32,000 bases of DNA, taken from positions 1,650,001-1,682,000 of the forward strand of contig NC_003364.1 in assembly GCF_000007225.1 (NCBI RefSeq), read 5' to 3'. The DNA is from Pyrobaculum aerophilum str. IM2 (GTDB taxonomy: Archaea; Thermoproteota; Thermoprotei; Thermoproteales; Thermoproteaceae). Both the position numbers and the translations under genes were made by a program. Each line of letters starts with the position of its first letter. Within the stretch, counting starts at the first letter, position 1. The notes under the pieces were generated by a model, which was given only the letters and a program-made list of their open reading frames with translations, had not been told where the DNA came from and ran no database searches. This document shows, piece by piece, positions 15,471-25,068 of the stretch.

Positions 15471-16364
15471 TCTTCACGACCTCACTAGGGCGTCTTAATG
15501 GCAATGCTCCGGGCTTTAACGTATACAAGGCTTTACACTTACTAACAATCCCCAGATAATAACGCGTATCCCCCAGCGCACTGGGACCGCCAAGGGCAGT
15601 GGTCCCATATAGCGCGCAAGTCCACGTTATTGAAATTGTGACAGAAGACGTGGAGAAGCGGCTAGGGACGTGCCCGCCTGCGGCGCCTTTTTTAAAGGCG
15701 GTTGATCTCAATATTGGCTTTTGTTAACGAGATTTGTACTGCAACTTTCCCCTGTTGGGTGAGTCCGATTTTGACGTTGCCCGCCGACATGACTCACGCA
15801 AGATAAGTAAATTGAGTATTCTTATAGTGAGCTGGGTTGCAGTTTCAACAAAGGCGAGAGGACTGTTGTGGAAACGCCGTGAGAATATCAAGTAAAAGGG
15901 CCAGTGCGCTTCTCGGTGAGGATTTCGCAGTCAGAAGCTATGGGAACCGTGAAGGGATGTAAATACCTGACACCTCGGCTATTATAAAACTCGTTGAGAT
16001 AAGTCCCAAATAGTCTGTAGCTATCCAGAGCACAACTAACAGCGTTAGCTCTATACGAGGGAATTGTATATGGAAGCTCTTTTGTTAAGGACATCGATGT
16101 CTTTTTTGCGAAGCTATCTCAAAATGTTGGGCTTAGGAAAGAGGCAGTTGAAGTGGCCGTCAAGAAGGGAATATTACCACGACTCCGTCTAGGCTCTCGT
16201 TAAAAACACGGCGTACCGCTGGGGGCGGGAAATTGTGCAGCCCCAGTTGTACAAGAGCGGCGGGGCTGGCTCTGCGCCGGACGTACTTCGCCGTTTTACT
16301 TAGTTGCCCTCACGGCAGGAATTTGTTTGACAAAAATTTTTAATTTGGGCTTAATTAGGGGGTG

Positions 16365-17375
16365 ATGTCGGTGGTGGGGAGTTTTGAACAGCTGGAGAGG
16401 TTGAGGGATTTGTTTTACAAACTCCTCGACTTAAGGGACACACTGCGTGAGAGGGGGGTGGCGTGGCCTAAGCCTCTTTCTGAGGAGGCGGCCCTCGGCA
16501 CTGTGAGGGTTAAGGTGGGGTTCCCCGCGATGTTGAAGAGGGGGGTGATTATGGACGTGACAAACGTGGAGCAAGCCCAAATCGCTGAGGACGCCGGGGC
16601 GGTGGGAGTAATGGTGTTGGACAAACTGCCTTATGACGTGAGGAGGGCGGGCGGCGTGGCCAGAATGGCGGATTTAAAGGTTATTGAGGAGGTCATGGCC
16701 CACGTGACTATCCCAGTGTCCGCCAAAGTGAGAATTGGCCACTACTACGAGGCTTTTCTGTTAGAGCAAGTCGGCGTTGACTTAATAGACGAGTCTGAGG
16801 TATTGACTCCAGTGGATGAGCAACACCATATAAATAAGTGGATGTTCACAGTGCCCTTTGTAAACGGGGCTAGGGAGCTCTGTGAGGCGTTGCGGAGGAT
16901 TTCAGAGGGGGCCTCCATGATTAGATCTAAGGGAGAGGCGGGGACTGGCAACGTGGCCGAGGCCGTCAAGCACTTCAAGTCTATATACGGAGCTATAAAA
17001 TCGCTGGCAGCTGGCGACGAGGAGAGAGTCAGGGATTTCGCCAGGCAGTGCCAAGTGCCCTTTGAGCTCGTGGCCCTCACCGCTAAATTACAAAGGCTGC
17101 CCGTCATTACATTCGCCGCGGGGGGCATAGCCACTCCCGCCGACGCCGCCCTTATGATGTGGCTCGGAGCTGACGGCGTGTTCGTGGGCTCTGGGATTTT
17201 CAAATCGCAAGACCCCAGGGAGAGGGCTGAGGCCATTGTCTTGGCCACTGCCCACTGGGACGACCCGGAGACTGTAGTAGAGGCGCAGAAAATGGTCAGC
17301 GAGAGAGGCGCCATGATGGGAATAGATATAAGGACTTTGAAGCCTGAGGAGCTTTTACAGACTAGAGGCGTATGA
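16365..17375 (+). CDS. pdxS: pyridoxal 5'-phosphate synthase, lyase subunit PdxS
   Basis: Strong PdxS signature ([80 protein letters not shown]) with a ~45-aa N-terminal extension. ATG 16365 lies ~25 nt downstream of AAAATTTTTAATTT. GTG 16362 is also possible. Confidence 0.95.
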   Translation: MSVVGSFEQLERLRDLFYKLLDLRDTLRERGVAWPKPLSEEAALGTVRVKVGFPAMLKRGVIMDVTNVEQAQIAEDAGAVGVMVLDKLPYDVRRAGGVARMADLKVIEEVMAHVTIPVSAKVRIGHYYEAFLLEQVGVDLIDESEVLTPVDEQHHINKWMFTVPFVNGARELCEALRRISEGASMIRSKGEAGTGNVAEAVKHFKSIYGAIKSLAAGDEERVRDFARQCQVPFELVALTAKLQRLPVITFAAGGIATPADAALMMWLGADGVFVGSGIFKSQDPRERAEAIVLATAHWDDPETVVEAQKMVSERGAMMGIDIRTLKPEELLQTRGV

Positions 17376-17986
17376 AAATTGGCGTGTTGGCGCTACAAGG
17401 AGATGTGGAGGAACACGCAAACGCCTTTAAAGAGGCGGGGAGGGAGGTAGGCGTTGATGTAGACGTAGTAGAGGTGAAAAAACCCGGGGATTTAAAAGAC
17501 ATAAAAGCGCTAGCCATTCCGGGGGGCGAGTCTACCACTATTGGCCGCCTGGCTAAAAGGACCGGCCTTTTAGATGCCGTGAAAAAGGCCATTGAGGGCG
17601 GCGTCCCCGCCCTCGGGACTTGCGCAGGAGCTATTTTCATGGCTAAGGAGGTGAAAGACGCCGTGGTCGGGGCCACAGGCCAGCCCGTACTGGGGGTTAT
17701 GGACATCGCCGTGGTCAGAAACGCCTTTGGCAGACAGAGGGAGTCTTTTGAAGCCGAGGTGGTTTTAGAAAATCTCGGCAAGCTAAAGGCTGTGTTTATC
17801 AGAGCGCCTGCGTTTGTGAGGGCGTGGGGCTCTGCAAAACTGCTCGCGCCACTTAGGCACAACCAGCTGGGCCTCGTATATGCCGCGGCCGTGCAAAACA
17901 ACATGGTGGCCACAGCCTTTCACCCCGAGCTGACCACCACAGCAGTTCACAAGTGGGTTATTAACATGGCGCTGGGCAGGTTTTAA
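17372..17986 (+). CDS. pdxT: pyridoxal 5'-phosphate synthase, glutaminase subunit PdxT
   Basis: [24 protein letters not shown] (catalytic Cys), FHPELT. ATGA overlap with pdxS. Confidence 0.95.
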   Translation: MKIGVLALQGDVEEHANAFKEAGREVGVDVDVVEVKKPGDLKDIKALAIPGGESTTIGRLAKRTGLLDAVKKAIEGGVPALGTCAGAIFMAKEVKDAVVGATGQPVLGVMDIAVVRNAFGRQRESFEAEVVLENLGKLKAVFIRAPAFVRAWGSAKLLAPLRHNQLGLVYAAAVQNNMVATAFHPELTTTAVHKWVINMALGRF

Positions 17987-18474
17987 CATTGTTGTAATAA
18001 CTCTCTGAATTTCTCCACGCCTTTTAACAGCCTCTCCACGTCCTCTCTAGCGGCGTCGTCATTAAAATATCTGCTAAATATGCCCTCTTTGTCCGGGCCG
18101 TTGTACTGATACTCGTGAAGGTTTAGGGCAACGTCTGTATACATCAACAGCTCATCCCCGTATTTTCTCGCCAGTATTTGCGCCACGTGTCTAATGCGAG
18201 TAGAGGGCATAAAGGCCACTACCCAGTCCGCCTCGCTCAGCCTCTTGCCGTTTCGCAACCTCTTCACGTCTTTAAACACATTTTTTAACGCTTCCCTTTC
18301 CCTCAACGCCAAAGCCGCCAACAAAGCCTTCCAAGCTTGATAGGCCTTGCCGGCCGCGTTTCTGTAAAGCCCTTGTTCTAAAAAACCCTTAGCCAGCTCC
18401 GCCTCGTACTTAGCCTCCAACAGTCTGGCCTTTAAGTAGCCAATTTCGTCCCTCCAAGGCTTCTCCAGCTCCAC
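17983..18474 (-). CDS. PaREP1/PaREP8-superfamily (HEPN-like) protein, paralog of 14925..15470
   Basis: 163 aa from GTG 18474 (GGTATAAAT box, 19 nt spacer). Blocks [25 protein letters not shown] and [10 protein letters not shown]. The first block is also ~80% identical at the nucleotide level to the 14925 gene, by eye. Confidence 0.7.
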   Translation of the reverse strand: MELEKPWRDEIGYLKARLLEAKYEAELAKGFLEQGLYRNAAGKAYQAWKALLAALALREREALKNVFKDVKRLRNGKRLSEADWVVAFMPSTRIRHVAQILARKYGDELLMYTDVALNLHEYQYNGPDKEGIFSRYFNDDAAREDVERLLKGVEKFRELLQQC

Positions 18475-18505
18475 AGAGAGATAGAGAAGGGGGATTTATA
18501 CCTCT

Positions 18506-19132
18506 TCAGCCCTTAGCTTGGGCGAGGCTCGCCCTTCCCAGGGCTATGTACATTAGGAAGTGGCCTACTGCGGAGAGGAGGCCTATACGGATAGAAAGGG
18601 CCACCACGGCGTCTAATATATACACAACGCCTGCCGCTGTGAATAGAGCAATTCCGTACTTGGCGTTTAGCTTAAACGCCCCCACGATAAAACTTAGGAT
18701 GTAGCCTATGAAGGTAATAGCAAGGGCGGCCATATAGGCACCGAGAAAAACCAGAATCCCCGCGCGGGTTGTCATTAGCGCCACCGCCCCCACTAATAGC
18801 CCTAGTATTAACATGATAAATCCCGCCAGTATGAGATTAGTCCCCGTGTAGCATATGCCAAAGCTTTTATCCACTGAGGCTAATTGGCGCATGCCCGGCC
18901 TTATTTTTTTAAAAACTGCGTAAAGCGCCACTACGCCTCCGATAAAAACCGCGGTTATAAAGAAAAGGATTGCGGCCTCTGTCAAACCTCTAACAACGCT
19001 ACCTCTCGCAAAGAAGAATACTCCTATTATAGACGCCATGCCCACAATTATCATCAACGAGGCAACTGCTAGGTAGAGAAAACCCCTCCTTAGCGTCGTC
19101 AAGGCTTGTAGCTCTAAAGCCTTGGAGTCCAT
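18506..19132 (-). CDS. hypothetical polytopic membrane protein
   Basis: 208-aa ORF with about six hydrophobic helices. No family recognised. Confidence 0.6.
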   Translation of the reverse strand: MDSKALELQALTTLRRGFLYLAVASLMIIVGMASIIGVFFFARGSVVRGLTEAAILFFITAVFIGGVVALYAVFKKIRPGMRQLASVDKSFGICYTGTNLILAGFIMLILGLLVGAVALMTTRAGILVFLGAYMAALAITFIGYILSFIVGAFKLNAKYGIALFTAAGVVYILDAVVALSIRIGLLSAVGHFLMYIALGRASLAQAKG

Positions 19133-19150
19133 ATTATAACTTACACTTTA

Positions 19151-19441
19151 TTAAAGTTGTTGTAATATGGCTAGGATTGCCTCTTTATCAGAAGTCCACA
19201 ACGGCGACGTCCTCCGCACAGTACATTTAAGCTTCTTATGGCTCAACCGCCAGCACTCCATATACCCCTTTTGGGAGAGCACTCTGAAGATCTCCCCCAC
19301 GATAAAAGGGGGAATTTGAGCCTCTTTCGCCACTTCGCCGGGGTGGAGAGTCACTGCGTTGCCCTGTGCAGAGGCGAAAATGTCGGCGAGTACTATTGAG
19401 AGGCGGCATAAAACGCCGCATTGAGGGGGGAATTTCCTCAC
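19151..19441 (-). CDS. small hypothetical protein, possible winged-helix fold
   Basis: 96-aa ORF lying 2 nt downstream of the preceding membrane-protein gene. Segment LHPGEVAKEAQIPPFIVGEIFRVLSQKGYME looks HTH-like. Confidence 0.45.
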   Translation of the reverse strand: MRKFPPQCGVLCRLSIVLADIFASAQGNAVTLHPGEVAKEAQIPPFIVGEIFRVLSQKGYMECWRLSHKKLKCTVRRTSPLWTSDKEAILAILQQL

Positions 19442-19443
19442 TT

Positions 19444-20007
19444 CTAGAGGAGCGTGGGCAGGAATAGGCTAAACACGCCGTTTATTATCCATATTAATAT
19501 CGCCAAGCCTAACGCGCCGAGCCAGCCCACTCCCTGCAACTTACGTAGCGCGTAAAGCCATACGAAAATGGCCAGCACGCCGCTTATAAAGGGAATTCTA
19601 AAAACTGCGTGGAAAAACCAGTATATCAACGCGCCGACAAGCGCAGTGACGGCGGCTCCCAGCAAGCTCTCCCTTTTCTGCTTTCCTGGGAAGATCTTTA
19701 AGGCCAGCCAAACGGCTATTGTCGACACAATCCACCCTACTACAAACCCCGTAACTTCTCCCGCTAAAGCCACGGAGTGAAATGTTGCGGGTAATTTAAA
19801 AATTACTACGTTATGCTCCATATGGATATCCTTGAAGTACCGGGATGCCCCGAAGGCTCGCTGAGAGTAGTGGCCTATATTAAAGAGAACCGGCCAGCTG
19901 AAATCACTGTGAAGACGCAAGACGAAGACTGTATAAAAGTTCTGAAACTGGTACTCCCCCTGTTTAATTACTACGTCGTAGACCAGTGGGCAGAGGGGAG
20001 TAGCCAT
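19444..20007 (-). CDS. hypothetical membrane protein (four C-terminal TM helices)
   Basis: 187-aa ORF. The hydrophobic C-terminal half is GFVVGWIVSTIAVWLALKIF ... LAILIWIINGVFSLFL. The true start may be the internal Met (MEHNVV...). Confidence 0.55.
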   Translation of the reverse strand: MATPLCPLVYDVVIKQGEYQFQNFYTVFVLRLHSDFSWPVLFNIGHYSQRAFGASRYFKDIHMEHNVVIFKLPATFHSVALAGEVTGFVVGWIVSTIAVWLALKIFPGKQKRESLLGAAVTALVGALIYWFFHAVFRIPFISGVLAIFVWLYALRKLQGVGWLGALGLAILIWIINGVFSLFLPTLL

Positions 20008-20017
20008 TGGTTAAAGG

Positions 20018-21130
20018 CTAAGCTTGGGAGGTAAAGCGGCAGTTTTCACATAAATAAACGTGGCTGTAGGGCAAACCCCTCTCTTTTAATCTCTCCGCCA
20101 GTTTTTTCGCCATAGTAACAGTGTAAGTGAGCTCTTTCCCACATGAGGCGCATTTAGCGGGACTGTCTCTGAACAATGCGGCGCTCTCATAAGGCCTCTC
20201 CACTGCTTTCCTCTCCACATCCATCACGCCCTCTGGACATTTGGCCACACATACACCGCAGGCAATACAAAGCGCGGGCACTAGGCGTAGTTCGTACCCC
20301 CTGACAGAGAGGGCGTCTGTGGGACAGGCGTTTACACAGGCGCCGCACAGCGTACATCCCTCTCTTATCTTCACCACTCCAGTCGGCATCCCTATGGCCA
20401 CTGCCAACATCCTCGTTTGCCACTTGTCGCCGGGCTCCAGCTGCGCCCTAGCGGCTGTGATAATAAACTCGCGCCCCTCGCGCTTTACCCCCTCTGCCCA
20501 TTTCTCCACGGCGGACCACAGCGGACACCTCTCCCCCCTTGAGCAGTGAGCATATGCAGTCCCGTGTTTCGCAGCGGCGAGGTAGAGGTATTGCTTGGGT
20601 ATTGCCGCTATACACTTCACCCGCACGCCCTCCTCATCTCCGTCTTCAAAGGCGTAGTCGCAAATAAACTTCAATGGCTGGCGAGACGTCTTTACGAGAT
20701 CCGCAATATAGCCGTCTGGAAGTGAGGGCATTTTCACAGCGTCTACTGGACAAACGGAGTTGCAAAGCCCGCAGTCTATACACGACTCGTACTTCACCTT
20801 CACATTCTTCCTCTCCACGTATTCAATAGCAGAGGCGGGGCAGTAGTCGGCGCAGAGGCCGCACCAAATACACTTGGACTGGTCAATCACAACAGTATCT
20901 CTGAGCCTAATGAAACCCCCTGTGAGAAAATCCCTACGCGTAGCTTCGCGCGCCTCGGCGGGGGGAAGCGGCGTCCAGTCCACTAACTCTGCGTATTTCT
21001 CAGCAACGGCCTTGAACCAATCGGCGTAACTCCCTCTATAGGCAAAATATAGGGGGGTCTGTGACGAGTACCGCGTAATGTTCTCACGCCCGGCGACGAC
21101 GATGACAGAGGGCTTGTCTCTTCGAATCAC
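20018..21130 (-). CDS. poly-ferredoxin-like protein (four 4Fe-4S CxxCxxCxxxCP motifs) with C-terminal zinc-ribbon-like CxxC...CxxC
   Basis: Motifs CIWCGLCADYCP, CIDCGLCNSVCP, CTLCGACVNACP, CIACGVCVAKCP, then CASCGKE...CENC. GTG start 26 nt downstream of the CoA-transferase stop, with no TATA between, so likely co-transcribed. Confidence 0.8.
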   Translation of the reverse strand: MIRRDKPSVIVVAGRENITRYSSQTPLYFAYRGSYADWFKAVAEKYAELVDWTPLPPAEAREATRRDFLTGGFIRLRDTVVIDQSKCIWCGLCADYCPASAIEYVERKNVKVKYESCIDCGLCNSVCPVDAVKMPSLPDGYIADLVKTSRQPLKFICDYAFEDGDEEGVRVKCIAAIPKQYLYLAAAKHGTAYAHCSRGERCPLWSAVEKWAEGVKREGREFIITAARAQLEPGDKWQTRMLAVAIGMPTGVVKIREGCTLCGACVNACPTDALSVRGYELRLVPALCIACGVCVAKCPEGVMDVERKAVERPYESAALFRDSPAKCASCGKELTYTVTMAKKLAERLKERGLPYSHVYLCENCRFTSQA

Positions 21131-21156
21131 GGCTCTGCCAACGCCCCGGTTTAAAA

Positions 21157-22791
21157 CTACTTCTTAATTATTTCCAAGGCCTCCTCTCTGAGGCCTAACC
21201 TCTCATCGCAGAAAAGCCTTTTGTCCATTTCCTCAATCTGCCTCACCACCGGCTTGAACTCCATTTTGTTTAAGATATCTCTCTCAATGTCAACGCCCGG
21301 CGCTACTTCTATTAATTCCACGCCAATAGGAGTTAGTTTAAACACGGCGCGTTCAGTAATGTACAACACTTCCTTTTCCTCTTCTACTGCGTATTTACCG
21401 CTAAATACAATTTTATAGACTTTTTCTACAAACTTTGTTATAGGTCTATCTTCTTCAATTATGAGTTTACAATTTTTCACAAATATTTTTCCAGGGCCGG
21501 CCGTGAAGGCGCCGGCGAAATAAACTCTCGGAGACCCTATGGCAATAACCGGAAACCCCCCAGGGCCTGGGAGCTTGCCGGGGAGGAAAGCAGGGTTGAC
21601 GTTGCCCTCTTTATCCACTTGTAAAAAGCCTAATGAGGTGGCGTCGATGGCGCCTCCCTCATAAAGGACAAACTGATCTGGCATTGGAATAACTGCGTAA
21701 TGTCCCATCGCCGCTCCGAAGTCCGCCTCCATTAACGCAATTCCTCCCCAGGGCCCGGACTCGACTGTGAGGTGTATAAAGTCGTCGAGTTTCTCCTCGC
21801 GAATTACATCTGCCGCCAGCGCGGGGATCCCAATTCCCAAATTCACTATTATAGGCCTGCCGAGGTTTTTCAGAACGCCGACGAGTTGGGATACAACCCT
21901 CCTGGCTATTACTTTTTCAGCGGTAAGGGGGATGGGCTCATACGCCACTCTATACGGCGCGTCTCCGCTTATAATGGGATTTAAGTCAAAAGACGCCGTC
22001 TGCCAGTGGTATTTCTCCACCTCCGTGCCGCGCCTAGTTACAACGACGTAATCCACTAACGGCCCTGGCACAATTACGTGTTTTGGATGAATCTCCCCGA
22101 GAGTGACAGTCCTCAAAACTTGCGCTATGACTAACCCGCCGGGGTGCGCCTTAACCGCCTCGACAATTGAGAGCACGGAGCCGTAAATTGCCTCCTGCTC
22201 CATGCTCAAATTCCCAATTTCATCGGCAGTTGTAGCCCTAACAAGCCCCACATTTGGCTTCGGGGCCTTGTACAAGAGGTACTCCCTCCCGTCAACCTCA
22301 ACCACCTCTACTCTAACAGTCCTCCTCTCCCTCGCCAAGTCGTTTAAAAACCCGCCGTCTAGCCGCGGGTCAATAAACGTGCCCAAGCCGACGCGGCTGA
22401 ATATACCAGGCGCGCCGACTGCCACGCTACGCAACCACCTGGTCACAATCCCAATAGGCCAGGTATAAGCCTCCACTAAGTTCTTCATCACAGCCCTCTG
22501 CAACTCCGGCGCCCAGCCGTAAAAGGGGAGTAGGAAGCCTCTTACAAATTCCTGCCCAGGGTCTTCAAGAATTAGCTTGCCGATTTTGTCAAGGCCAAAA
22601 CCCGGTATTGAGGGAATGGCGTCTGATATTATAAACAAGTGTTTAGGATGGCCCGTCTTTTTATATCTCTCAATGAGCTCGTCTATGAGGTAAAAGGGAG
22701 AAACCGCGGCGTTAAACCCTGAAATTGCAACAATAGCCCCGTCGGGGATTTTAGACACGGCCTCTGGGCCAGATACAAACTTCCTAATCAC
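21157..22791 (-). CDS. family I acyl-CoA:acetate/3-ketoacid CoA-transferase, fused alpha-beta type (YdiF-like)
   Basis: 544 aa. The N-terminus KFVSGPEAVSKIPDGAIVAISGF is typical of family I CoA-transferases. The length matches fused-subunit enzymes. Confidence 0.7.
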   Translation of the reverse strand: MIRKFVSGPEAVSKIPDGAIVAISGFNAAVSPFYLIDELIERYKKTGHPKHLFIISDAIPSIPGFGLDKIGKLILEDPGQEFVRGFLLPFYGWAPELQRAVMKNLVEAYTWPIGIVTRWLRSVAVGAPGIFSRVGLGTFIDPRLDGGFLNDLARERRTVRVEVVEVDGREYLLYKAPKPNVGLVRATTADEIGNLSMEQEAIYGSVLSIVEAVKAHPGGLVIAQVLRTVTLGEIHPKHVIVPGPLVDYVVVTRRGTEVEKYHWQTASFDLNPIISGDAPYRVAYEPIPLTAEKVIARRVVSQLVGVLKNLGRPIIVNLGIGIPALAADVIREEKLDDFIHLTVESGPWGGIALMEADFGAAMGHYAVIPMPDQFVLYEGGAIDATSLGFLQVDKEGNVNPAFLPGKLPGPGGFPVIAIGSPRVYFAGAFTAGPGKIFVKNCKLIIEEDRPITKFVEKVYKIVFSGKYAVEEEKEVLYITERAVFKLTPIGVELIEVAPGVDIERDILNKMEFKPVVRQIEEMDKRLFCDERLGLREEALEIIKK

Positions 22792-22924
22792 AATTCACAA
22801 AAGGCAAATACTTTAATTCTAATTTTAGCCAAAACATTAAAAAAATATACATTAAAACCGGAAAAGCGGCTAAGACGCCACGTCATAGTAAAAAATCTTA
22901 AATACTACTAGGAAGATTATAGAC

Positions 22925-23149
22925 GTGGAAGTAAAAGTTACTAGGAACTACCAAGTGACTATACCCGCCGAGTACAGGAGAAAACTCGGCATAAAGATAG
23001 GAGATGTGGTGACTGTGTTGCTCGAAGGCGACAGAATAGTAATAATACCGGCTAAAAAGCGGAGGATTACTTTCAAAGCGGGGCGGCCCGTATCAGTGGA
23101 AGAGCTAGAGAGTGCAGTGGAGAAAGCCCTAGATGAAAGTACTAGTTGA
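22925..23149 (+). CDS. vapB: AbrB/SpoVT-type antitoxin VapB
   Basis: 74 aa. VKVTRNYQVTIPAEYRRKLGIKIGDVV is the swapped-hairpin AbrB signature. GTG start ~25 nt downstream of TCTTAAATAC. Overlaps the PIN gene by 17 nt. Confidence 0.85.
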   Translation: MEVKVTRNYQVTIPAEYRRKLGIKIGDVVTVLLEGDRIVIIPAKKRRITFKAGRPVSVEELESAVEKALDESTS

Positions 23150-23546
23150 CACCAACGTCTTAATATACGAGACTTTTGAAGACTTTGAGAGACACGCAGA
23201 GGCAACAGACATTGTATATACAAACGAGGTATACATACCTACAATAGTTCTACATGAGTATATCTGGCTCCTCCTACGCCATTTCTCTATTAGTTACGCC
23301 CAAGCAGCCGCGAAGCTTGAACAGCTACTATCGGAAAAGAATATACATGTAATTTGCGAAAATCTCAGCGATTTGGCAGCTGGGATAAGAATGGCAGCAG
23401 AGGACGGCGCCAAGCCCTCTAATATAAACGACTACATTATTCTAGCCTCCGCGCTTAACAGAGGCTTAGCCCTAGCCACTTACGACAGAGAATTAAGAAG
23501 GGCCGGAGCCAGAAGGGCCGTAACAGTACTGCCAGCTACACTGTAA
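23133..23546 (+). CDS. vapC: PIN-domain ribonuclease toxin VapC
   Basis: 137 aa. The N-terminal MKVLVDTNVLIYE carries the conserved Asp. Downstream acidic residues include DYIILASAL. Confidence 0.85.
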   Translation: MKVLVDTNVLIYETFEDFERHAEATDIVYTNEVYIPTIVLHEYIWLLLRHFSISYAQAAAKLEQLLSEKNIHVICENLSDLAAGIRMAAEDGAKPSNINDYIILASALNRGLALATYDRELRRAGARRAVTVLPATL

Positions 23547-23552
23547 ATGTTC

Positions 23553-24008
23553 TTAATAGAGAACGGCGCACTTTACGACGGGGTTCACTTCGTCTCTTAC
23601 CTGTTCCGTGGTTAACCTCGCCACGTGGAATCCCTCTACGTGGAGAAACCAAGCGCTTTTCCACCAGAGCTTGAACTCTTCCCCCTCGCTCCTCGATATT
23701 TTATCTACAGCTGTGAACAACAGCGTAGTTGTCCACCTGCCCTGCTCTTCGGCTTTCTCGGCCTCTTCTAGCCCCAATGCCACGGCCAGAGCCTTCACCG
23801 CCTCCTCAGCCGCCTTGTAGAGCTTTTCGCTAGCCTGTATTGGGTCTTTCTCAACAAGGGCCTCTCCCTCTTCTAAAAACCTCCTGGCCAGCTTTAAGTG
23901 GGCTGAGGCGCGGCTGGGGGGATCTACGCCAAGGGCTTTAGAGAGTAAGTCTACTATATCTATTTCCCGCCTCTTAGCCTCTTCAAGGAGGGAATTGGGC
24001 ACGTCCAC
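23553..24008 (-). CDS. PaREP1-family (HEPN-like) protein
   Basis: 151 aa from GTG 24008 (ATATATAA box, 18-nt spacer). Core ARRFLEEGEALVEKDPIQASEKLYKAAEEAVKALAVALG parallels the 13162..13623 protein. Confidence 0.7.
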   Translation of the reverse strand: MDVPNSLLEEAKRREIDIVDLLSKALGVDPPSRASAHLKLARRFLEEGEALVEKDPIQASEKLYKAAEEAVKALAVALGLEEAEKAEEQGRWTTTLLFTAVDKISRSEGEEFKLWWKSAWFLHVEGFHVARLTTEQVRDEVNPVVKCAVLY

Positions 24009-24319
24009 GTCTTAATACGGCGACTGTTATATATGCTTTTACTGATTCGTCACGACGACATTGTCTGTATTTAACGATGTTTTGCTCCCTCAGTATTTAT
24101 TTTTGGCGAGTAGGACTCGATGGAGACAAGTAGCTAGAACCTTTCAGAACAGTAGAAAGAGGCGCTTGAGTTAGTCGAAAGGTTAAGGAGAATTATAATA
24201 CCCAGAGCTGTTGTTAATTTCTGCGGGGAGGGAATTGGAGAGGGGCTGGCTACTGCGCTTAGAAGATCTATATTACCGGCGAATAGACTCCGACCTTGTG
24301 GAAAGGCCGCAGGAGTAAC

Positions 24320-25057
24320 TCAACTGTAGATCTTTAATAACTGTCCCGAATCCACAACAATTACTTGGCCCGTAATTGTGGGAATTTTCACTAACATCCA
24401 AACAGCCTCAGCGACATCCTCCGGCGCGACTATTTTTCCCAACAGCGTGTGGTTTTTTGAAAATTCCTCTTCGGTCACCCCCAGAAGCTTCATTAGGCTG
24501 TCGCCCATTTTTGTCTTTACAACTCCCGGCGCGACGGCATTAACTCTTATGCGGGGGGCGAGCTCTACTGCAAGCGCTTGCGTCAAATTAATAATTGCCG
24601 CCTTAGCCGCGCTGTATATAGAGAGGCCGACAAAAGGCCTAATGCCGGCAATAGACGCAATATTAATTATCGAACCCTCCTTCATTACTTTCGCCGCCTC
24701 TTGAGAACAATAAATTACTGATTTTAACGACACCTCCAACTGTTTGTCTATTAGCCTGTCATCGGCGTTGAGAAAAAGCGAATAGAGGCCGAGCCCCGCG
24801 TTGTTGACAAGAACGTCCAATCCGCCGAAGTTCTGTACCGCGGCCTGCACCACATTTCTACATCCCTCTCTCGTGGCGACATCCGCCAACACCACGACGC
24901 CATTCCCGCCTGCCTCTCTCACCATTCTTAACGTCTCCTCGGCCTCCTCCTTGCCCTTTTTAGCGTTTACAACCACGTTCCACCCCTCGCGGGCAAATCT
25001 CACCGCTATTGCCCTGCCAATACCCCTCCCAGAACCTGTAACAACAACGGTGGGCAC
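24320..25057 (-). CDS. short-chain dehydrogenase/reductase (FabG-like SDR)
   Basis: TGSGRGIGRAIA cofactor motif, NNAG, and catalytic YSAAKAA. Start set at GTG 25057, 11 nt after the upstream stop. The 65-codon 5' extension of the ORF overlaps the upstream gene and is K/R/G-rich junk. Confidence 0.85.
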   Translation of the reverse strand: MPTVVVTGSGRGIGRAIAVRFAREGWNVVVNAKKGKEEAEETLRMVREAGGNGVVVLADVATREGCRNVVQAAVQNFGGLDVLVNNAGLGLYSLFLNADDRLIDKQLEVSLKSVIYCSQEAAKVMKEGSIINIASIAGIRPFVGLSIYSAAKAAIINLTQALAVELAPRIRVNAVAPGVVKTKMGDSLMKLLGVTEEEFSKNHTLLGKIVAPEDVAEAVWMLVKIPTITGQVIVVDSGQLLKIYS

Positions 25058-25068
25058 GGAAAAAAGAG

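Noticed and set aside
15460-16094. 83-aa (15460..15711) and 68-aa (15888..16094) minus-strand ORFs
   Set aside because: No promoter-consistent starts, odd composition, no motifs. Left uncalled inside the gene-poor segment.
11586-16360. Duplicate of the tRNA 3' end (att site) that would delimit an integrated element
   Set aside because: I scanned by eye for GGTTCAAATCCGG / GGGCCCCGC-like fragments downstream of the tRNA and found none. Element boundaries are therefore undefined, and a proper alignment search is still needed.
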